Source of the DNA: Cercozoa sp. M6MM
Lineage: Eukaryota; Protista; Endomyxa: Ascetosporea
Reading direction: 5' to 3' (one strand)
Assembly (NCBI GenBank): GCA_040357565.1
Contig: JBDODJ010000061.1
Length of the DNA stretch: 64,000 bases
Shown: positions 56,001-64,000 of the stretch, piece after piece
How the letters are laid out: each line of letters starts with the position of its first letter
How positions within the stretch are numbered: the stretch's first letter is position 1
Translations under genes and position numbers: made by a program
The notes under the pieces: generated by a model
The model's database searches: none
What the model was told of the DNA's origin: nothing
What the model saw: only the letters and a program-made list of their open reading frames with translations

Positions 56001-57384
56001 ATGGTAGCAAACACACTCCCGGAGTTGTTGCATGGTCTCTTGCATGGCGATGGCCACGAAATGAAGGCTTCAAGGGAAAAGCTTCAAATGGTTTTTGAAA
56101 ACCTTGAGAGGTACTTGGCATGCTGCATCTTGACGGAAAGAAACATCACACCCTTTGATGCGAAGTTTATAGGCAGCACAAAAAAGAAGAAGAAAAGAAT
56201 TTGGTTTGGGGACAAGACATGCTTCAACTGAAAAGTGGGGCTCTCGACTGGAAACTGTTCGAAGATAGCCTTCAAAAGGCAGGTCTGATTGACGTCAATG
56301 ACAGTGCTGTGGACGAAGCGAAAAAGCGCTGCCCCTTTTCAACCAAAAAGGTTGACGGTGCAGTTGACAATGACGCAGCTGTGGAAAAATGCCCTGTCAC
56401 CGGAAGCACCGAAAGCATCGGAGCTGAAGCAACGAGCACGGGGTGTCCTGTGATGAAAGGCGCTGAAATTCGCCATGTTTCTCGCGGCAGTCGCATAACC
56501 ATCGAGTTTCAGCTGCAAGTACCCTGGAGCAGCGATCCCATACCTGTCGCAATGCCACGCAAGCACCTGACAGCCCAACGATTTCTGCGTATCTATCACA
56601 AACTTATTGAACTGTGCGACATTCACATTCCAAACGTCAGTTTACTGGGACTCCATAGATTTCAGTGTGAATTTGCCGTATCAATTATGTTTGTGTAGCC
56701 AGCATGGCGTGACGTCCAGTTGCGTTCGACTCGGAAGGCGGCTCCATTCGACGCACAAGACGAACTCACCGATGAGCACGCCGCTCACGCGCTCGTCATC
56801 GAAACTCGAGCTTTGTCACAACTGACTGTGTACTGCATGCCGATGGGAGAGCGCATTGTACTGCACAACGTTCCTCGTGGAATGACATTGCGTTCTATGA
56901 AACTGGCTGTCGGCAAGCGTATCTTTAAGAACGAACTCGAAGTCGCCATTGCGCTCAATTTCGCTCGGGTGTCGCACTATCTACACTGACCGTAAGCCAG
57001 GAGAATTATTCGTAACACTTTTATCGTGTGCAGCACCAAGCCTACGCCACACGTGCTTGTCCGGCCAATGGCTTTGATGCAGAGCGCGTCCTGAGCAACG
57101 CTACTCGTCTCTACGCCCTCAATCTTCGCGACAGTGGTGACAAAATCATCCTGCAGCTACCTCGCTCCTAGTATGTTAAAAGAGCTATACAACTACTTTG
57201 CTGTACTGATCAACATTTGGCGTTTGACAGTACAAATCTTGCGCGCAACTGTGTTAAGAGCATGAAGACATGTGACGAAGCAGAGGAAGCGAGTTTTCGG
57301 GGCTGCTTGTTGCTACGAGTACTGCCTGTGGCTGTGTGCTTCCTTGCCGGTGCTGTAGCATACTATGCGCGGTGGCAAGAGTAA
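56001..57384 (+). CDS. Protein with three CP motifs, a ubiquitin-like domain and a C-terminal tail anchor
   Basis: RCPF, KCPV and GCPV within a ~45-aa linker; Ubl-like LTVYCMPMGERIVLHNVPRGMTLRSMK...VLSNATRLYALNLRDSGDKIILQL; final TM VLPVAVCFLAGAVAYYA-RWQE*. Confidence 0.65.
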
Positions 57385-57849
57385 CTAATCCGACAGTATT
57401 CTTTCACATCTTAGCACTGTAAAACTGTAAAAGCCACTTACGGCGGTCCAAGAAAAAAGTTCCTGGACTGGTGAGGAAGCACCGATTTCGTCCCGAGTGA
57501 GTTTTACTCGACGCATTTAAAGACTGAAGCCTACTATCATGTCAAGCATCAGATCACGTCACGTAACAGTACCGGCAGCATTGACTGTAGCTCGATTTGT
57601 TTCTGTCCACATCAATCAATCAACTCGGCTGACCACTCGTTCGCGTAGGAGCACATCCCAGGGCCCAGTCATGTCAGAAAGAAAGAAGTACAGTGTTTAA
57701 CTAAGGTTGAGAGCTGAGAGACGAGCAGCTCGAAACTGCTCCAGGCAAGTCAGTTTGTTATATTCTTCGACCAAACCACTTTACACTCTCCACTGTAACT
57801 TCCAACGTTTAGTTCAAAGTGTTCGAGACAGAGCTTCAACAAAGCATGT

Positions 57850-58110
57850 TGAGTGAAAACGATTTTCTGAAGGTTTTTAAGCGCCGCACGGTCCGGCCCC
57901 ACAAGTGGTCCCACACCGCCAGAAAGTAAATGCGGCACTCGCCTAGAATTTGCGAGAAACGCTCTCACATAACATGGTTTGCTAAACTATTGTGTTCAGT
58001 GACAGTTCAGATGCCCATACAGCCCGTGGGACACCTCCAGATACGCCAGCGAGCGAACTCAATATTTCTCTCCCCCGATATTCTGGGACGCTGCTTGACA
58101 GTACGCTATC
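57850..58110 (+). pseudogene. Possible decayed Tc1/mariner transposase fragment
   Basis: RLEFAR (57940-57957) followed, after a stop and a frameshift, by TIVFSD (57986-58003). Resembles the Tc1 RL.FA...W..V.FSDE block. No clear TIRs. Confidence 0.35.
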
Positions 58111-58361
58111 ACACTAGTAATCACGGCAAGTGTGTAGTGCTTTAAGCAGTCTAGGCACGCCTTTACGTCTAAGCAGCCACGGTGGAAGCAGATTTCGGCA
58201 AGTTTCTCATTTTCTTTAATCTTTTTCGCAGAGTGCACTAAGCACCTGGTGCATTATGCATTGGATGCGTTTTTCAACGATGGTTTTGGTTGCAATGCAG
58301 TAACGTAGTGCAACTAACCCTACCAGCTCGACTAAAAACGAAAACATGTCCATTTCGCAGT

Positions 58362-61300
58362 TTACTTGCGGCGCGAGCCGTCCGGGATCTGCAGTCCGAG
58401 CAGAGGGTAAAGGAAAACAAAAAGGCAGAGACAAGGAAACACTACGTAGAGCAGGTCGGCGACGCCGTTGTTCTCCTCGGCCGTCTTGTCGACAATGAAG
58501 AAGCCCTGGGGTGGGTGAGGGTAACGGGGGTAAGGGGGGTATGGGGTAAACAGGAAGCGAGACACCTTGCGCATGAGCTCGACGACGTCGCCCTTCTTGA
58601 GCGAGGCGGCACCGGCCTCCAGCAGCGCCTCGTGCACGCGCCAGGTCTCCTCCTGTCCACATGCATGCATACATACACATACATACATACATAAGCATAT
58701 ATGTATACACCAACATACCGGGTTGGCAGCAATGTCCTCAATGTTGGCATCACCGTCCTAAGGGCACACGAAAGGTAGGGAGTAGGGGGCAGGGGTGAGG
58801 GGTGGTAAGACACACAGGCAGACGCACCTTCTTGGTGGTGATGAGGTGTCCCAAAAAGATGAGACGCGCCTGCAGCGGCTGCACCGAGCGAGCCACCCAG
58901 GTGACCTTGCGCGCCTTCTTGACGTCACCCTCCGACAGGTTCAGACGCGTCGTGACGCCAGTGACGCTGCCGGTGTCGTCGCGCTCGATGCCCGTCACCA
59001 TCATCTGCCCGGGGGACGGGGGTAAAGGACAGGGGTAGGGTGAAACAGGGGGATAAACAAGGGGGTAGGGCGTATACCGGTCCCCAGTTCATAAGAACGA
59101 CGTCCTGACCCTCGACAAGTGCCTCAGCATCAGCACGCTCAATCAGCACTTGCTTCGACTATCGGGGGAGCGGGGGTAATAGGGGGGTAAGAGGGGGGGG
59201 GGGTAAAGAGATAATACCAGAGTGAGAGCACGCTCACCCGCCTCAGCCACACGCGGCACGCGGCGGATCTACTGGGGAGGGGGGTAAGAATACTTAAAGG
59301 GGTAATACTAGGGGGGTAAGGGGGGTAACCATCTTGGTGTCCGTGTCGGCAGCGTCAACGACAGTGAGCGGCACCAGCGTCGCCTCGGACGAGTGCTCCA
59401 CGGCAAAGAGACGCGTGGCCTGCGGGTCAATCACGCGCTTGTTACGCGCCCAGATCTTGTCCCACTCCATGTTGTTCGTGCGCTTGCTCGTCGCCTACTC
59501 TCGGGGGGGGGGGTAAGGGGGGTAACAGAGGGGTGAGGGGGTAACAGAGGGGGTGAGGGGGGTAACAGAGGGGGTGAGGGGGGTAACAGAGGGGGTAACG
59601 GAGGGGGTAAGAGGGAAGGGGTAAGGCACCTGCTCCATGCAGAAGCCGCGCAAGGCGTCCAACGTGAGGCCGCGACGCATCACGCCGCGAATCGTCGGGA
59701 AACGCGGGTCATCCCAGCCTGTGCATAGGGGGTGGGGTAAAGGGGTAGGGGTAAAGGGTGGGCAAAGGGGTAAAGGGGTAAAGGGTGGTAAAGGGGGGTA
59801 GGGGGTAAGGGGGTAAGAACCCTGCACGCGGCCCTCCTCGACGAACCACTTCAACTTGCGCTTCGACAGCACCGTGTACTCAAAGTTCTACGGGGGTAAG
59901 GCGGGGTAAGGCGGGGGTAAATAGGGGGTAAATAGGGGCAAATAGGGGGCAGAGAGGGGTAGAGGGGGGGGGTAAAGCCCACCTGTCGCGCGAAGGGCGT
60001 CACGTTGGGCAGCTTGAGTTCGCCCGACGCGACGCGGTCGGCAAACATGGCGTTGTCGCCCACCGTGAGGCGCCACATGCGCGCGTACTGCTCGTCGCGG
60101 TCCTTGTACTCGATGCTGCGCAGCGCGTGCGTCACGCCCTGTTGGGTGAAGGGAGGTAAGAAGGTACACACGGAGGTTAAGCGGTAGGGGCCCATGGGGG
60201 TAAAGGCACCTCAATCGAGTCCACAATGGGACAGCAGAAGTCGTACGTCGGGTACACCTTGTACTGCACACAGACCACGGAGTACATATGGACCGGACAT
60301 GGTCCGTACATATGGACTGTTTAGACTGGACAAAAACAAAAGGTACCTTGGTGCCATGACGCACGTGCGGCGCGTCCAGCACGCACCGGTAGCACACCGG
60401 GTCGCGCAGACAGCCTGCAACGACAGGAAAAGTAAAGAGGGCAACAGGGGTATAGAGGAGTATAGATGGGCATAGAGGAGTATAGATGGGGTGAACTACC
60501 ATTGAGCGAGTCCGGCACCATCTTGATGCGCACGCAGCACTGAGCACCCAGGGGGTAAGGGGGGTAAGGGGGGTAAAGGGTCAAAAGGGGAGGGGGTAAA
60601 GCCTACCTCGGCACCGCGCGGCGTGCCCTTGATCATCTCCTGCCACAGCGCGAGGCTACGCGGGTGGGGTAAAGGGGTAAGGGGCAAAGCGGGAGGTGAA
60701 GGGGGGCAAAGCCTACTTCTCCTCGACGGAGCGCGTGCGGCACGGCGACTCCTGACGGTTCATGCGGAGCTCCTTCATCTCCTCGGCCTGCACGCGGATC
60801 GACAATGATCCCCAGCGAGCACGTGTGCCAGTGAGCACGTGTGTACCGGAGTATCATCGACGTAGCAGACGCCCTTCTGGAGCAGGTGCTCGCACACCTG
60901 CATCAGCAGGTCGAAGTGGTCGCTCGTGTGACTCACCGAGGCAAAGTCCACCTGTGCAAGTGGGGGGGGGGGNNNNNNNNNNNNNNNNNNNNNNNNNNNN
61001 NNNNNNNNNNNNNNNNNNNNNNNNNNNNNNNNNNNNNNNNNNNNNNNNNNNNNNNNNNNNNNNNNNNNNNNNCCCCCCCCCCCCCCCAAAACAACAACGC
61101 ACGCCCAGTCGGTGCACATCGGCGAGAATGGCGTCGACGAATTCGCCGCTTTCCTTGGTCGGATTCGTGTCGTCGAAACGCACCAGCATCTTGCCCTCGA
61201 ACTTCTGTGCACACACAGCCTTAAACATAGCCAGCAGAGGTTCCCTTAACTGTAGCCAGCAGCGACCAGCTCCCTTAACACAAAGTAAAAGGAAGGCCAA

Positions 61301-62054
61301 CCTTGGCGATGGTGTCGTTGATGATGCAGGCCTTGGCATGGCCAATGTGCAGGTAGCCAGACGGCTCAGGCGGGAAGCGCGTCACCACCTTGCCTTGCCA
61401 CTCGGAGCCTGCGCCAATCACGTGTCCCACTTGCACACGTGTCCCATACACGTGTCCCACTTGACCGGACTCTCTTAGTCAACGAGAGGTACCAATGCCA
61501 ATGTCCCACGAGGCACCGTCGTCCTGCGACGTCTCCTCCTTCTGCAGAGGTGTAAAGAGGGTAACAGGCGGGTAAAGGTGCGGTGGGGAGGGAGCAAACT
61601 ACCGGCTGCTGCATGGCCGAAATCGTGGCCGCCCAGCGAATCGCATGAGCGTACTATAAAGGGAGGGTACGGGATACAGGGGGTAAAAGAGGTAAAATAC
61701 GATAAAATAGGGGGTAAATTTAGCCCTACCTCCTTGGCGTGCATCTTCTTAATCACCGTCCAACGCGGGTTCTTCATCAAGGCATCGTACACCTCCTGGT
61801 CGGCCTGCCGATGACACCCAGATATATATGCACTGTTGGGATCGACAAGCCAAAACGCGTACCTCGGAAGCAACGGCTCCGTTGAGGAAAGCACGCATGA
61901 ACAAGTGCGCGTTCAGCTCGGCCGCCTTTTGCGGCAGCGTGGCCTTGCTGCCCAGCTCACCGGCGAACGCGCTCCCTAGACATAGAAACCCCCCTATCCA
62001 AAGAAAGATAATTCCGCGCGTATGCAACATACAGTCCTGCGACGGCACCGACAT
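58362..62054 (-). CDS. EARS: Cytosolic glutamyl-tRNA synthetase with N-terminal GST-like domain, multi-exon
   Basis: [22 protein letters not shown] (HIGH motif), [62 protein letters not shown] and C-terminal IPDG. N gap at 60973-61072 lies in an intron. Confidence 0.96.
58400..61730 (-). repeat. Degenerate TTACCCC-type repeats filling GluRS introns (GGGGTAA on the + strand)
   Basis: e.g. 59498-59628 and 59720-59820. The same motif occurs in sense orientation in + strand genes at 1-1660, 10128-12146 and 31809-36650. Confidence 0.9.
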
Positions 62055-62221
62055 TGCTACTAACTTCACTCACACGCCAGCGTAGGGTGCGATGAGGCTT
62101 CCAGAGCAAGATCTTATATATCGGCTCCGGCTCACGGGTTTGTGAGCCCATAGAATTGCAACCACGAAGAGACTGAGCGCGTTTCTACTGCTGTATTCTG
62201 CACGAGACCGATCGTAACAAC

Positions 62222-62890
62222 ATGCTGGCCCGTGCCTCGGTTGCTGTGCGCGCTCGTGTCGCTCGTCATTTCTCGGGTATTTCCGCAGACGCTCATCTGA
62301 CCCGTTTTATTTGGCCAGGGGCTGTGCTTGTTTTTTTTTTTTGTCTGTTGTGTTTGGTTTGGATGTGCGGTGGTGGTTTGCGCAGTTTACTTCACCGAGT
62401 CGCACGAGTGGGTGCGACTGGACGGCAACGTAACGTGTTCCTCCTAGTCACTGGTGTCTCTTGTGGCATCATCGTACACTCATACGTGCAGAACGCCACG
62501 ATTGGCATCACGGACCATGCCCAGGAGCAGCTCGGCGAGATCGTGTTTGTCGAGCCGGTCGAAACCGAAATCGACGTGCAGAAGGGCGACGTACGATCTA
62601 CACTTTTTCGTAACTGTGTGTGGGGATGCTGTGGCCGTTGATTGTCTGCTGTGTGCTTGCAGTCGACGTGCCAGGTCGAGTCGGTCAAGGCCGTGGGCAG
62701 CGTGTACGCCCCGGCTGACGGCAGCATCACCAAGTTCAACGACGCGCTCGAGGACGAGCCCGAGCTCGTGAACGAGTCGCCCGAGGAGAGCGGCTGGCTC
62801 TTCAAGATGACGGTTGAGGACGCCGAGTCTATCAAGAGCGACCTCATGGACGAGGCGGCCTACAAGGAGTTCCTCACCACGGTCGAGTAG
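62222..62890 (+). CDS. GCSH: Glycine cleavage system H protein, mitochondrial, 4 exons
   Basis: Presequence MLARASVAVRARVARHFS, then YFTESHEWV, IGITDHAQEQLGEIVFVE, lipoyl motif VESVKAVG and PELVNESPEESGWLFK. Confidence 0.97.
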
Positions 62891-63230
62891 ATTGATAGCG
62901 TAGCCAGGGTAGTCAGTTAGTTCAGTCGACTAAGAAACCAACTGTCGTATGTAGTTTCAAGTTCCCGTACGTAGCGACTGCCGAACTAGACCGTAGAAAT
63001 CCGTTTCAGTTGAAAGCTCTTAGATTCCGGTGGGTGTGCTAATATTAAAAAATCCTACACGGCTTCAAAGGCGCTGGTCGTAACAGATTTCCGATTTGAG
63101 ACACTATTTTGGCTCGTGGGGAGAAACGAAATCCAGTCTTGACTGGTTGCGTTTTTCGGCTCGTCGAGAAAGAGAAACGCAGCCAACCGCATTTCGTACT
63201 TGTTTAGGTGTGTTCGCTTCTCCATGGCAC

Positions 63231-64000
63231 ATGCCGTCCTCTATGGCACCCGAGGTTGCCGTCAGTGGTTCTGAGGAGGTGAAACCAGTTCGCGTAATCG
63301 CTCGGGTCAGGCCTCCGCGTGAGGTTAATCGCGATGCGGTTCTTCCTGTCCAAGTGGCTGGTGACTGCATTCAAGTGCAGGTGCCACGCACTCGGCCTGC
63401 TTCAAGTCAAAAAAGGTGGACTTAAACTTATACTTCATTGTCGGTTCGCTTGCGTTGAGGTCTCCGCGTGCGTAGGTCAGGGCAAACACACGAAGTAAAC
63501 GAGTTATTCTTTGAGATGGACGCTGCTTTCGACAGCGATAGTACGCAGCAGCAGATGTTGCAGAGGAGTGGGGCTGTTGACGCGCTGGAAGCAGCTATTC
63601 AGGGCGGCAGGGGAACGGTGCTCGCGTGTAAAGCTGAATTATCAATTTTATTTTGGCTTCCGTCAAGAAAGCGAGCGTAGTCAAGCTAAAATAAATGTTA
63701 TGCTTGCAGACGGATCAACTGGAAGTGGAAAGTCGTACACGATGCTCGGGGGACAAAAAACTGCGTCAAGTCTGGCTGAACTCGCAAACGCGCCTTCTGC
63801 CGTCTTGCGTACAGTTTACTTTTAAGTTCAAAGGAAAACTGAAGGTTTCCGGCTTCGGGAGAGTGAGCTTATTGTCAGTATAAATTTACTTGCCGCAGCA
63901 TCGGATGCAGGACTCATGCCACGACTGTGTCTTGAGCTATTTCATCGTCTTTCAGACGACTGTACTGTTCGTTGCCAGGCTTTGGGTATCGGTTCTCTTT
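63231..64000 (+). CDS. Kinesin motor protein, 5' part; continues beyond window
   Basis: VRVIARVRPP, FEMDAAFDSDSTQQQM and P-loop TVLA-YGSTGSGKSYTMLG. Confidence 0.92.

Overview
Gene-dense, extremely intron-rich eukaryotic (protist) nuclear DNA using the standard genetic code. TAA, TAG and TGA all serve as stops, and nearly all introns are GT-AG and about 45-140 nt. The polyubiquitin gene has a 2-residue insertion (NG) at each monomer junction, a known Rhizaria (Cercozoa/Foraminifera) signature. About 25 genes or gene fragments are present. Recognisable ones: an RCC1-repeat protein, a TLC-domain protein, polyubiquitin, SPOUT1, NDUFAF5, TRMU/MnmA, a formin (3' part), a DH-PH-FYVE RhoGEF (3' part), an MFS transporter, LSM14, DGAT2, cytosolic GluRS, glycine cleavage H and a kinesin (5' part). 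Most entries in the ORF track are artefacts of introns and microsatellites. Main observations: (1) a hand-spliced 39-exon, ~1,180-aa gene whose only recognisable part is a ribosomal uS10 domain, split in two by a ~590-aa insertion and preceded by a ~490-aa extension (candidate giant mitoribosomal uS10m). (2) Introns filled in a strand-biased way with degenerate TTACCCC repeats, together with a TIR/TSD-bounded MITE carrying the same motif. (3) An unusual GTAC-dominated 5' splice consensus. (4) A tail-anchored protein with three CP motifs and a ubiquitin-like domain. All gene models were built by eye and have no transcript or database support.
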